A model generated the notes under the pieces. That model saw only the letters and a list, made by a program, of their open reading frames with translations. It did not search any database and was not told the DNA's origin. A DNA stretch of 64,000 bases from Octopus bimaculoides (Eukaryota), in contig NC_068993.1 in the NCBI RefSeq assembly GCF_001194135.2, positions 23,788,764-23,852,763 on the forward strand, written 5' to 3'. Of the stretch, positions 47,625-60,961 are shown piece by piece (position 1 is the first letter of the stretch; every line of letters starts with the position of its first letter). Position numbers and translations under genes: made by a program.

Positions 47625-49599
47625 GCGTGTGTGTGTGTGTGTCTGTTTGTGTGTGTGAGTATCTATGCATGAATGTATGTATGTATGTATATGTGCGTGG
47701 GTGCATCTGGTATGAGTATTAGTACGATTATTGTCGGTTCGTTGTTAATGGACATATCACTTTCTTTTTATTTTTTTCTGAATGCGCTCCATTTCTTGTC
47801 TTTTAAACCTTTTCTTAAGACGGAAAATTCCGTAAACATGTCTCCGTTATTTCACATAATGCTCATGCAGTTTTTATTTACATTCAAGTCATTGAGAGTG
47901 GGTTAGGAAAATAAATATTGCAGATAATAAAAATGACAAAAAGCAAAATAAATGTTATTTTCTCTGAAAATATTGAATCGGATGACAGTTGCATAATACA
48001 TAGTTTAACAGATGTAAAAACATTTGTAACGTTTTCATCCACACGCAGAAAAGTAAATTATAATCTGGACAAATATTTGTATAAACTATATTGTTGGTCA
48101 AACTCTCTCGAATATGTATGGAATATTTACCTATAATATTGCCAGTAAATTAAAGTATATTTATATTTGCTATTGCTCGAACTTATACTATCTCACCAGA
48201 CAATATATAAAACATAATTCTTTGTGAGTGTTTGATTAGGTATATTGCACATGCAAGACATATCCATTGGCATTTTTAAATGGAAATATCGTAGCAATGT
48301 CTTAATATGGGAATGATTTATGAATTAGTTTGAGAGAATATCCTTTCAACGCAATGGCTATCGTATATAATTTTTTTTTTTTAATTAAGTGTTTATTCAG
48401 AATAGATGAGACAATGTCGAAGAAAATTTTCAGGGCTTCCACACATGTGCAAGTGGTAAACGAGATGCTAGACAAGCGATTTCACTCTTTGAAAGCAATC
48501 AATATATATGAAGTAATGCTCAAACGAGTAACCTAAAACGTTTACTACTGTTAGAACCAGAGCGGGCCGTACAACAGGCTTCCACACATTTCCCTTACAA
48601 GATGTTAGCCAAGGCGATTTTATAGTAAAAGCAACTTGTCGATAATGCCAGTCAAGGGAAACGAACCCCAAACAATATAACTACAAATAGAACGTCTTGA
48701 GCTCACAGCTACCATTACTCATGGTTGTAGCAATAGGCATATAGTATGAGACAATGATTTCCGCCGAACAACCTTATCCATCAAAACAAATTCTGTAATA
48801 TCTCCACTTGACAATGACTACTTTATTACTTAGTATAATTATTGTTTTAACAGTTAGACTTGTTCGTGTAACTGCATATTTTATAATATAACATAAATCT
48901 TTGTAGAATATAAAGATAGAAATAAAATCCGTACATGACACCCAGATGTGATATTTGTTGGATTTCCCTAAATCTCTAAAATATTTCACAGTCCTCTTTC
49001 AATATAATTCAGAATTGTTTTCTGAAACCATCCTCAGTCCCATATGGGATTTTAGAAGGATATTTAACGCCTAGCTGTCATCTTAATAATTGATTATCAT
49101 TTGAGATAAAATTTGCTTTTAAATTCCATCATTTACAAATTTTTATTATTTCAAGAAACGAATAAAATTATCGATATATCAAAGGCCTTTATTTCCTTAG
49201 CTCCTTTGAAAAGAGCATTTCTGTGTGTTCATTATACTGGTTAACAAAGATTGATATGGAACGGACAAAAGAGTGATTTATCAAGATTTTTAAATTGTTT
49301 TCGGTTTCGCCAAAGCATTTATAACTTTTGAGAGAATGCATCTAATTTTTTAATTTATGTTTGAAATATTTTGTACTTTCCTAAATATTTGCTCAGGTAG
49401 TTACTATTTGTTCAACATGTCTCGTGAATGTTAATATTATCCAATATTTTTGATAAGCATTTAATAATTTTGTGGCACAAATGTCATACTATCATAACAA
49501 ATATGAAATTATACCATTTATTCATTGGTTGTCATACAGGTGATCACCACCGCAAATAGCAAATCTGTTTTGCTTGCTTGAGAGAAGTACATGACTGAA

Positions 49600-49970
49600 C
49601 AAAAGAGAATCAACGTTTTTGTGTGTTATTTATGGTATGGAGATAATAAAAAGTGCTTTATGTAAACTATTTTTGCAATGTAAGGATTGTCTTCGATACG
49701 TTTTTCTCAAAACGCCGTTTTCTTTGATACACTTTCACTAAACCTCCTCTGATGTGTGGAATTTGGTGAATGATGAAGTTTGATATTGCTTGCAATCACG
49801 CTGCGTTTCTTTCATCGAAGTAGGATCATCCGGAACTCTTGGACGAAATGAGATCCATTTTTGTTTTGAAGATACACATTTAATTTTCTCAAAATGATGA
49901 ACGAATATCCATTGATGAGGAGGATTGGCTTTCTATAGATCTTACAAATATATCCCATAAAAAAATTTAA
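49600..49970 (-). mobile_element. Possible FLYWCH/MULE N-terminal relic
   Basis: Across frames: DIFVRS / RKPILLINGYSFI / KCVSSK / HHSPN / KRIEDNP. This resembles FLYWCH (F..S.RG.P.L..NGY.Y...W.C...H.H.P). Confidence 0.35.
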
Positions 49971-50602
49971 CAAAGTTTATTTATCCAAAAATGTTTCACT
50001 GAACTTCATAGGAAGTTTATACTTTTGAATTCAGAAAACAGAACTTATCGCTTCAAAAGGGAAGAAGTTTGCACCTGCTGCTTTGTAACTGCACCACGGG
50101 GGTCAATACGTCTTCCATGTTAAAACGTTTTTGCTTTGGTTTCGTACCGAAAAAAATATATTTAAACGTCCAAAGCAAGCTTCAAACAACTCATCGCCAC
50201 TTCTATATACTGGTGTTAGATAGATAATTGCACAAAGCAAGGGGAAAGAAATATTTACATGAATTACTACTATTACTATTACTCGAGGTTAAACGCTCTC
50301 TGTTAAAGGCTCACAGTGAACTGCTTATTCTTCAATTGCTCGCAGTTCTTCATTTTATAGTTATGTGTCAGTCCTCTTTTAGTCACATGGGAGTGGTCGG
50401 AAACCTACCACAACAATGTCCTTAATAAAGAGTATTATGTCTAAGAAAAAATTTCAAATTAGAAACGGCGTCCAAACCGAAATAAATACAGAAACAATGA
50501 CCATCTTTGTTTTCCTGCTCGGACGTCTACACGACTGGATGTTTATTCTCTCATTCTTCTATGTATATATATATGTGTGTATGTGTATATATATTTATAT
50601 GT

Positions 50603-50604
<2 letters not shown>

Positions 50605-50663
<59 letters not shown>
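50605..50663. repeat. (TA)n microsatellite
   Basis: Seen directly in the sequence. Confidence 0.98.
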
Positions 50664-50667
<4 letters not shown>

Positions 50668-50712
50668 ATACATATTTGTTAAAGCTGCAAAAATATCACA
50701 GAAATATCACAG

Positions 50713-50793
50713 AAAACGGTTACTTAGAGTTTCACGTTCTCGTTCGTCGGACGACCGAAGAACGGGAAGGTGAAATTCTGAGTAATGGGTTTT
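50713..50793. ncRNA. About 81-nt imperfect palindrome made of two back-to-back hammerhead-like motifs
   Basis: Minus copy: CCGACGA-ACG(AGAA)CGT-GAAA-C(TCTAA)GTA. Plus copy: CCGAAGA-ACG(GGAA)GGT-GAAA-T(TCTGA)GTA. Arms of about 38 nt surround a 4-nt ACGA spacer. Confidence 0.65.
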
Positions 50794-51397
50794 GTTTGTT
50801 TCTCTGTTTACGAATGTTCGCTTTACAAGTGTCCTTCGGGAACAAATTTACTCGAATATCAAGTCATTACTGTATACACACACACGCACAAACGCACATT
50901 AACATACACACACACACACACACACACACATACACACACACACAGAGTCCTACTATAGTACAACGAATAGACGGAAACCATTTCAGTAATTTCGAATTAA
51001 CGCTCTTTAGTAGGCCAACTAAATGCATTACATTACAAAGTGAAATATAAAGAAAGAAATCAGAGTTAGTAAATTATTATCCTATTGTTGTATTTTTAAT
51101 TGAATGTCGTTGACATCAGATCCGAAATTGATGTTTTTGTTGCATTATTTCGTTGACTTATTTCTTTTCGGTGTTGGTGGGGGTGAAAACTACTACTGTG
51201 TAGCAATTCAAAAGAATTAATTAGTCAGTAATTTCAAGAAAGTGACGGAAGCATCATTCAAGTGTTGTATTGTGAACGCAACAACAGCTGATGTCATAAT
51301 ATTCCATTTAGTAACCTATTTGTAGTTTGAAGAGTAAGTACACTCAAATAATCATACGTGCACATATATACATACATACATACATACATACATAAAT

Positions 51398-51446
<49 letters not shown>

Positions 51447-51798
51447 TTCATATTTTTTTTTTATTCCTTCTGTTAAACAAGGCCACCCGCAAAAAATATG
51501 TTCAATGAAGAAATTAGGCCAATGAAAAAAGTCTATGACTCAACGACAAATGTTATTGCATCAGATGTCAGCAATAGATTTTGAATCTGATGCTTGGAAA
51601 GTATATTACCTTTAAGGAACAAAAGAGTAACAAAAGCTAGAGAAACGGTTGATAGTTTATGTAAGAGATTTAGTAAATAAGCATTCAGCGTATAGTATTC
51701 TTGATGATCTAATTTCCTCAGAAATTCGCCTTAACATGATTTAATGTACATGGGCTTTGTGTGTGTGCGTTCTCCCTGTCGTGTATGTGTGCGCGCGC

Positions 51799-51836
<38 letters not shown>

Positions 51837-53872
51837 TTCCCGCTTTTGTGTGAGTGAATGTGTCTTCTGACTTTTGTGCGTGCGTTTTTGTTAGTACGTG
51901 TATGTTCTTACGCATATTTCTGTTTTATTCTACGCGTCTATGCGTATGATTTGTATGTTTGAGTTTGTGTAATACATATTATTTTTGTATTAATATCGAT
52001 TATTTTTAGTACATGCATAATATTAGCATCATGATTTGATATGTTAAGTGCTGTACGAGATACCTTTCTCGTAGAGAAGTCTTTTTATGTGCAATAAGCA
52101 AAGTTCGTAGAATATTGTGTCTTGCCATTGTTTACTTGTATATTTTTAACTGTTTTAATATAATAAAGTGCGTTATTGTTTATTTGCATCTTAGTTTATA
52201 GAGCAATCGCACAAATCTTATTGTTTTTACGGCTTTTGCTCTTATAGTCTCCATCATAGTTATTCATTTGCAAGTTCTTTTTACTTATATAATTTTGTCA
52301 TCGCTTACAGGAACATTGTGTTTGAGAGCGAGATGTATTTCTTGTCAGAGTACATATGGTTTCCTTCTGTCTTGGTTATCTAGATAAAAAAATTATTATT
52401 TGTTACCTAGTCAATCACTTCTTGAGCATACAATATATATAATCAGTAAAATATACATGGTGTATGCCTATCAGTTTTAGAGTGGCGCTTAGAGAATCCA
52501 GCAATTAACTCTCTCGTGCTATACTGCCAATCCCTCTTTCATCTAAGTTACAGTTTCGTAATTAAATTTTTATATGCTTTATATACAAAAGGATGTATAT
52601 GAGTGATTTCTCTTACGTATATTTGTGAATTATTTATACATAGAATAAATATTTTCATATATTAAAAAAGTGTTTTGTAGTCTTTTGCATCGCATTTGTT
52701 ATCACTCAAATCCGTAAATGTGAATAGAATGAGATTTTCGAAAGAAAGTATTGGAGGAGGAGAAATGAGTGTTTCCTAAAACCTTCTATGATATTAGCAT
52801 GTATCGTTTTTATTCTTTTTATCATGCAGTTTTATTGAAGCTTCTTGTGGTTAGTATCATAATTCACGTTTCATTTACAGTACCAAAGCTTTTTATTAAC
52901 GTGTCCATACCATATTCAGATGAAAGTTTTGCTTTTCGATATCTTGGATAACCACTCAATTTGATAATTGCAATATATTAAAACCACATTTCAAGGTAAA
53001 ATGAAATAAAAATAAGTCAGATGTTTGTGCAATTTTGATATACATGCTTTTGTTATATAGTGCGGAGCTTCACTGAATTTAGCCTTTTGGAATTAATGTT
53101 ATTTTCCCGTTTGCTAAACAGTACTTATTTTAGTTTCTATAATAATTCATTGAATTGTATATCAACAGCTAGTTAGTTCTGTTTAAGTATATTTTCATCA
53201 AACGAACATTCTAGTTGTTAGATCACCAGATTAGAAATCAAATTCTTCTAGAGTTATATCATAAAACAACATGCATTTAATTTTGTGAACACATTCTCTG
53301 TTCGTTTTGTAAATCAATGCTTATTACTACTCAGAACATTGTCCTTCTTTAAAATATCAATGATTTTTTTTTCGTTTTGTACTTTATATTTTCGTTTCAA
53401 AGAACTAACGTTCAATGCTATTATTTTATTTTACATTGACATCCCCATAAATACTTTGAATCTTTATATCAGACATATGTTGTTTTCTGGTGTATCAAAA
53501 TATATAAAAGGTTAAAAAAAAAAAAGCATTCCACACTCCTAGTCTTCGCATTTGGCCACTTCCGTATTGCATGTCTTTGTGATTACTATTCTTCTTCCTT
53601 TCACATCATATATGGGCCCATCCAATAAATAATGGGGTTTTTGAATTGCATGAACTAAAAGTCGGAGGGAAACGAGATAAACTACTTGCATCAACTTGCT
53701 ATAAAAACAGGGAATAATTTTACCTTGTACTTATTCTTAGTGTTGAAGTGTGTGCTTCGATTTTAACAGTTATTTTTTCAAAGCTATAGTGGAAGTGATA
53801 AAGGAGCATATTCGGTATATTTTGCTTTACGAAATCAGTAAAGGCAACAACAAAAGGAAAAGTGCGAGGTTG

Positions 53873-54690
53873 TCAGATTTGAATATTGAGGTGTGGTTTA
53901 TATTTTTGAATGAATAAGTTCTCTTTATTTAGTCGTTCTTGCACTGAAATTGAATCTTTGCACTGGTATAGGGGGAAGATAAGGAAATTCGACGTTTTAT
54001 CACCTGCGCATCTGCCAATATGTCCGCTCAGTGCAATTTGCCTGTACTGAGGGAGGCGAATCTGTTCCTTATGCAACGTGACTCTGCGTCTTAAAGAAAG
54101 GCTCGTTTGACCTACATAGTTATGGCCACAACCTGAGCGGGTTAGGACATAGATAAGGTTGTGGGAGGCACATGTGAAGTTAGTTTTGATTGAGAATTTT
54201 TGTCCTTGCTGGACTGTGAATTCCGAGCCTTCACTTAGGTGTGGGCATGTACCACAATTGGGTCGTCTGCGTTTTTTAACTGTTGGTATCGTATGTATTG
54301 AGTATAGTTTTGCATATGTAAGGAGTCTCTTGAGTGATTTGTCTTGTCTTTTACATTTTAGTAATTTTTGTTTATTTAGGATGCTGTTCATTTTCGGGTC
54401 TTCAGTGAGTATAATAAGATTTTGTGTAATTGTGTTGTATGCTTCGTTGTTTCTATGGTTGTGAGTTGAAATGTATGGGAGTGATTTGAGTTGAGGAGTT
54501 CCCGAGTGGTTGTGTCAGATACAATCGTACAAATCCTTTTTGCTAGATTGAATGGAATATTTATTTTGGTATGTTTAGGATGGCATGAAATGAAAAGGAG
54601 ATACTGCTTAAAGTCTGTTGGCTTGTAGTAAATGTCAGCTGCGACGTTGGACTTTTTTAATATTGCTTCAATTTCGTACAGCAGATTATT
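53873..54690 (-). mobile_element. Penelope-like element: RT thumb plus linker plus GIY-YIG endonuclease
   Basis: ADIYYKPTDFKQYLLFISCHPKHTKINIPFNLAKRICTIVSD (PLE RT C-terminus), then ORF 53873-54391 with RPNCGTC...CASHNLIYVL...GCGHNYVGQT...RRVTLHKEQI...KENLFIQKYKPHLN. Confidence 0.95.
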
Positions 54691-57624
54691 TATTCAGCCT
54701 TGCCGCCTAATTGCAATGCCAATGAATGTATTACTCCCAGTTCCTGATACTAAGGGCAATGAATCTCTTATAGGCATGTGGCTGGCTGCGGTTATACATA
54801 ACTGACAAGGTCAAACAAGACCTCAATGAACCTGGTGTTTCGTTAACTGTTGTCTGTGGGATTTTTTGTCTCGCATACATACTGTGATTTTAAGCATAGC
54901 TCGCCTATACAAGATTTTATCTTGGACGAAAATCAGAGTAGCGTGCCTGCTAAATATGTATGTACGTTAAAAGTGGTAAATGTGTATATACGTTAAAAAT
55001 GTACAGAGGGTTATTAAACATCTGATTTGCAAAGAGACTAAACAATATAATTCGCAAATTTCAGTGCTGGATTTTGAGGAAAAGTTAGATCCTATGTTTT
55101 GCTCGGGACCGTCCTTTGACGAATTATAATGCTGTGTTATAAGAGCTAATCTGCTACGTGAGTAAATGTTTCTAGTGATTATTCTTTGTGCCATTGGGGA
55201 TCAGATATTCGCTATGGTGTTGAAGAGAACTCTTTTATTTCACTTTCAAAGATTGCCGATGTTCAACATTTGCATGTATGGTTGCTGTACCAAATTTCGT
55301 AAGCTAAATGTGTTGCTCTTCTCACGCGTGAATTAGGTGAGTTAGCGTATTTATTTCTTGTGTCCAGTATTTCCAGTATTGAATGAAGTCAGGAGCACAA
55401 CTGTTTGTGTGATGATAATGAATTATATGGATTAAATCCATTTGGCGATTGCCTGTTATTTGACGATGCCTCTTGTTTCTTGACTTAGCACATTAACCGT
55501 TTCATGTGCTGTATTAATTGTAATCGATACAATTTCCGTTATTTGTAGAATTCAGCCTTTCCTGTTGTGTTTATTGTTTAACTTGCGGTAGTTCTTTATG
55601 TGCATTCCTCAATAGTTTGAAAACTTTTCTGTGTTTATAGTGATGGCATTTCTTCTAGTTTCTTGTATTTACTTTTCGTGAGCTCTATCATTTCTGTAAC
55701 AAATAGTGTTTCGATGTTGAGTATTTGTTTGCATGCATCCCCCAATTTATTTCAATTTAACATTTGTATGACACTGCACGCCCTTTGCGATCGATTTCGT
55801 TAAATTATAATCTGTAATATAATTTCCGATGTAAGAATGTTTTCTTTGTGAAAGTTAAAAAAAAAAAAAGAAAATATCGGCCACTTTGATCTTGACTCGG
55901 CAAAGGGAGGGTTAAATTCAGGAAATGATGAATAATAACTAATTTCATTTACATGTGTAGCGGTAAAACTGCTCTCTGTTGGCAAGCAACGGGCAAGTAT
56001 GGAGAGAAAATAGTATCTATCGGACCAAATGAATATCCTCTATAATATAGCACAAGGTACAATACTGATATCTATTGTCTTTTTAATCCTTGTTTCTTCA
56101 TCGACAGCGATTCCACCTGGAGGACGCTTGCTATAATAATAGGAGGTGGACAATGTTGTTTGGTACAAAACTTTGAAGGAGTATCACTTTTGACACTCAT
56201 GTTTTACGTTTCAATATGAATGCATTGATCTGCCACTACAATTTGTTTTCTGGTTCATTATTATCCTAACTTAGTGTTGAGTTCCTTTAACTTGGCTCAT
56301 GTTTTTTTAATATATTTACCTTAATCAATTTAGCTTTTCACTTTTTGCAAATATTTCACGTCATGCATAATAGAACCAATTTTCCTTCAATAAAAGAGCT
56401 TTCGTTATAATTACTTTCACGAAGAATGATGCACACTTATCGCAATGACCAGAATATCATGAGAAAAGACTAATTTTGCAGTTCATATTTTACAGCCCTC
56501 TTGATATATCTTTAAATAATTATGCCATCGCCTGGAGAATGATTATCTTCCAGTAATTGTTATCCATTTCTGAATTGGTTCTCTGGATTTTATTTAATTA
56601 TTCTTTTGTTTCCCCGCCTCAGTGTTCCTTTCGGTGCCGTGGTTTGTATTAAATTCATTTTCTGGACATATCACAATTTACACCAGGTCACAATTACACT
56701 CTTGCGTCTGTCTTTGCAGATAGGGGAATATCCCCCGTAATTTACGCCGAGAAAAGCATCGTCACATTTATATTTGCTACTCTCGCAAGAGAGGGATATT
56801 GCATTATATGCACATGTGTGTGTCTGTACGTCAGTATGTGTATGTATGTGTTTGCGTGTTTGCGTTGGTGTGTGTTTGTGTGTGTACAGAATGTGAATGC
56901 ACACCAGTAACGGCACACAATAGTGTTCTCTTTAAATGAAAGAAAAATAAGCGTTCACTTAATACAAAAGAAGACTGTAATTTATGAATATTATATCACT
57001 CGATTCAGTTTTCAAACTTCCAATATCATTAGCATCACAACCACTTTCATCTTCTCCCCAATCTGTCTCTCTCTCCCTGTGTAAATTTCTTTAGAGAATA
57101 TTCCCTCACTCAATATCTTTTCCACCAGGTCAGAAAGAGACACACAAGGAAAAAGAATTTCCATCATAAGCTTGAATAACTTTCGTCATTCTTTCTCTCA
57201 TTAATAACGTGTCTCTGTTCCAGTATGGTTCCCATTCTGTACATTAATATATTCACTTATTTCAGGCAGATACAGACAAGCAGAAAGATAGATATATTGG
57301 TGGTGCAACACCATTTTACCTCCATTTAAACAAATGCATAATAAGAATATGTTTATTTGAGAAAATATTTTCTTTCTCAGTTAAGTCTGGGAAAGTAATA
57401 TTTTCCATGAAGTTCTACTGCTAGTTTATTTGATAAAGCAAGAAGAAACCAAAGTATATTTCACAATTTTCTCTTTCTGTCTACGCATTATCATATTTTA
57501 ATTGTTGAGTGAAATTTCATATTTGCGAAAGTGATATATAAATACTGAATTTCTCGTAGAAAATTTACTTTACGTTAACACTAAGTATGGAAATTTTAAT
57601 GAAACTTAGCTTCTATTTGCATCT

Positions 57625-57694
57625 CTCTGCTCTCTCTCTCTCTCTCTCTCCCTCCCTCCCTCACACACATGCACACATTATCTATCTCTCTATC

Positions 57695-57732
<38 letters not shown>

Positions 57733-58594
57733 NNNNNNNNNNNNNNNNNNNNNNNNNNNNNNNNNNNNNNNNNNNNNNNNNNNNNNNNNNNNNNNNNNNN
57801 NNNNNNNNNNNNNNNNNNNNNNNNNNNNNNNNNNNNNNNNNNNNNNNNNNNNNNNNNNNNNNNNNNNNNNNNNNNNNNNNNNNNNNNNNNNNNNNNNNNN
57901 NNNNNNNNNNNNNNNNNNNNNNNNNNNNNNNNNNNNNNNNNNNNNNNNNNNNNNNNNNNNNNNNNNNNNNNNNNNNNNNNNNNNNNNNNNNNNNNNNNNN
58001 NNNNNNNNNNNNNNNNNNNNNNNNNNNNNNNNNNNNNNNNNNNNNNNNNNNNNNNNNNNNNNNNNNNNNNNNNNNNNNNNNNNNNNNNNNNNNNNNNNNN
58101 NNNNNNNNNNNNNNNNNNNNNNNNNNNNNNNNNNNNNNNNNNNNNNNNNNNNNNNNNNNNNNNNNNNNNNNNNNNNNNNNNNNNNNNNNNNNNNNNNNNN
58201 NNNNNNNNNNNNNNNNNNNNNNNNNNNNNNNNNNNNNNNNNNNNNNNNNNNNNNNNNNNNNNNNNNNNNNNNNNNNNNNNNNNNNNNNNNNNNNNNNNNN
58301 NNNNNNNNNNNNNNNNNNNNNNNNNNNNNNNNNNNNNNNNNNNNNNNNNNNNNNNNNNNNNNNNNNNNNNNNNNNNNNNNNNNNNNNNNNNNNNNNNNNN
58401 NNNNNNNNNNNNNNNNNNNNNNNNNNNNNNNNNNNNNNNNNNNNNNNNNNNNNNNNNNNNNNNNNNNNNNNNNNNNNNNNNNNNNNNNNNNNNNNNNNNN
58501 NNNNNNNNNNNNNNNNNNNNNNNNNNNNNNNNNNNNNNNNNNNNNNNNNNNNNNNNNNNNNNNNNNNNNNNNNNNNNNNNNNNNNNNNNNNNNN

Positions 58595-58630
<36 letters not shown>
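57625..58630. repeat. (CT)n/(AT)n microsatellites flanking gap 57733-58594
   Basis: Seen directly in the sequence. Confidence 0.95.
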
Positions 58631-58631
<1 letters not shown>

Positions 58632-59389
58632 CATGCTTATACATAAATTTCACAATTCGGTTAAATTAATTAAAATTACTTCTACCAGTGAATGCATCAA
58701 TTAATTTCATCATTATTCGCTAAAGTGGCTCAACTTAATAGGAGAAAATAAATATCCAGTATTATTTGAAATTCCCCAGAGATTATTTAATCCAAACAAT
58801 TTATTTGTACGTATATAAAACTTTCAACCAAAGACTTTCTATAATCAACATCCCCACAGAACTCACCAACAAATGTACTTACAACAAGCATTGTGTTCTT
58901 TTCCATAATTTATTTGAGTGGATAATATTGCACCAGGTGTTCTAATGTTCTGGAATTAAGGCAGCTGCAAATTTGTGTTCAAGTCTGATATAATAAACTA
59001 ACTTGCTCTAAGAAAACAAAATTTAAAGCAACAAATTATTCATTGATCACAATTGTATAAAATCATAATAATCTCCTACGTTTCAAACCGCATCGAAACT
59101 AAATAATATTAGTATAGAATTAAATAATATTCAATCGCACAGCTAAGAATAACAGTAAAACTTCGATACTTTACTTCTTTGGGGAACTTTACACGTTTTA
59201 ATTCATGAAGTGACAAACAACATCAAAATAAAGTATGATACCAGGAGGAACTAAAAGTAAATAATGCGATATTTATGGGCTCCTGACAATTATAATTTCA
59301 AATACACACACATGTAATTATATAGTAACATATGTGTGTGTGTGTATGTGTGTGTGTGTGTGGTGTGCGCGTGTGTGTGAATGTGCATG

Positions 59390-59531
59390 CATACATACAT
59401 ATATGAAAGCAAGCGTATATACGTACATGCATACATACAAACATACATACATACAAACATACATACATACAAACATACATACATCATACATACATGCATA
59501 CATACACATATACATACATGCATACATACAT
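59390..59531. repeat. (CATA)n tract, the tail of the adjacent RTE fragment
   Basis: Seen directly in the sequence. Confidence 0.9.
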
Positions 59532-59763
59532 CTGATGGCTGCCCCCTCGTTATCGAGTATGGCCATTGCGCGAAGCTTAACTTAACGGTGCTGCGATCGA
59601 ATGTGACTTTTTAGCCCAGCCAAAGATCTACAATATCTTGCACAGAGTTGGCATCCAAAACCTTTACTAGCAATAGCTGGCTGTTGTTGTAATTGGGCTC
59701 CATGTACCTTTGCGTGTCGTTTAAGTCCTCCTGCTGAATCACACTCCCTTTCACATGCCCGAC
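59532..59763 (-). mobile_element. RTE-clade LINE 3' end, continuing into gap 59764-60714
   Basis: The terminal sequence CTCGATAACGAGGGGGCAGCCATCAGA-(TGTA)n closely matches the 3' terminus of the RTE at 11957-11990. Confidence 0.6.
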
Positions 59764-60867
59764 NNNNNNNNNNNNNNNNNNNNNNNNNNNNNNNNNNNNN
59801 NNNNNNNNNNNNNNNNNNNNNNNNNNNNNNNNNNNNNNNNNNNNNNNNNNNNNNNNNNNNNNNNNNNNNNNNNNNNNNNNNNNNNNNNNNNNNNNNNNNN
59901 NNNNNNNNNNNNNNNNNNNNNNNNNNNNNNNNNNNNNNNNNNNNNNNNNNNNNNNNNNNNNNNNNNNNNNNNNNNNNNNNNNNNNNNNNNNNNNNNNNNN
60001 NNNNNNNNNNNNNNNNNNNNNNNNNNNNNNNNNNNNNNNNNNNNNNNNNNNNNNNNNNNNNNNNNNNNNNNNNNNNNNNNNNNNNNNNNNNNNNNNNNNN
60101 NNNNNNNNNNNNNNNNNNNNNNNNNNNNNNNNNNNNNNNNNNNNNNNNNNNNNNNNNNNNNNNNNNNNNNNNNNNNNNNNNNNNNNNNNNNNNNNNNNNN
60201 NNNNNNNNNNNNNNNNNNNNNNNNNNNNNNNNNNNNNNNNNNNNNNNNNNNNNNNNNNNNNNNNNNNNNNNNNNNNNNNNNNNNNNNNNNNNNNNNNNNN
60301 NNNNNNNNNNNNNNNNNNNNNNNNNNNNNNNNNNNNNNNNNNNNNNNNNNNNNNNNNNNNNNNNNNNNNNNNNNNNNNNNNNNNNNNNNNNNNNNNNNNN
60401 NNNNNNNNNNNNNNNNNNNNNNNNNNNNNNNNNNNNNNNNNNNNNNNNNNNNNNNNNNNNNNNNNNNNNNNNNNNNNNNNNNNNNNNNNNNNNNNNNNNN
60501 NNNNNNNNNNNNNNNNNNNNNNNNNNNNNNNNNNNNNNNNNNNNNNNNNNNNNNNNNNNNNNNNNNNNNNNNNNNNNNNNNNNNNNNNNNNNNNNNNNNN
60601 NNNNNNNNNNNNNNNNNNNNNNNNNNNNNNNNNNNNNNNNNNNNNNNNNNNNNNNNNNNNNNNNNNNNNNNNNNNNNNNNNNNNNNNNNNNNNNNNNNNN
60701 NNNNNNNNNNNNNNAAGGGAGGAAGTAGAAGAATAGGTGAGCAACGAGAGAAAGAGGGGAAGAGAGGAATATAGTAGTAACAGAAGGAAGTACGAGAGGG
60801 GTAAAGAGAGATACGTAGTAGTAACAGAGGGAGAACGAGAGGTGGATAAAGTGATAGAGAATTGCTC

Positions 60868-60930
60868 ACATACATACATACACACATACATACATACATA
60901 CATACATTCATACATACATACATACATACA

Positions 60931-60960
<30 letters not shown>
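60868..60960. repeat. (CATA)n microsatellite
   Basis: Seen directly in the sequence. Confidence 0.97.

Positions 60961-60961
<1 letters not shown>

Noticed and set aside
54802-54830. CTGACAA-GGTC(AAACAA)GACC-TCAA as a hammerhead near the PLE
   Set aside because: Stem II is good, but G8 and GAAA are both wrong (3 core changes), and I found no stem I or stem III.
55400-55760. Strand-skewed stretch as the N-terminus of the neighbouring PLE
   Set aside because: Multiple stops and no motif I can name.
57260-57425. Good acceptor followed by an open frame of about 50 aa (ADTDKQKDRYIGG...)
   Set aside because: No recognisable protein similarity, a weak donor, and AT-rich codon content typical of non-coding DNA.
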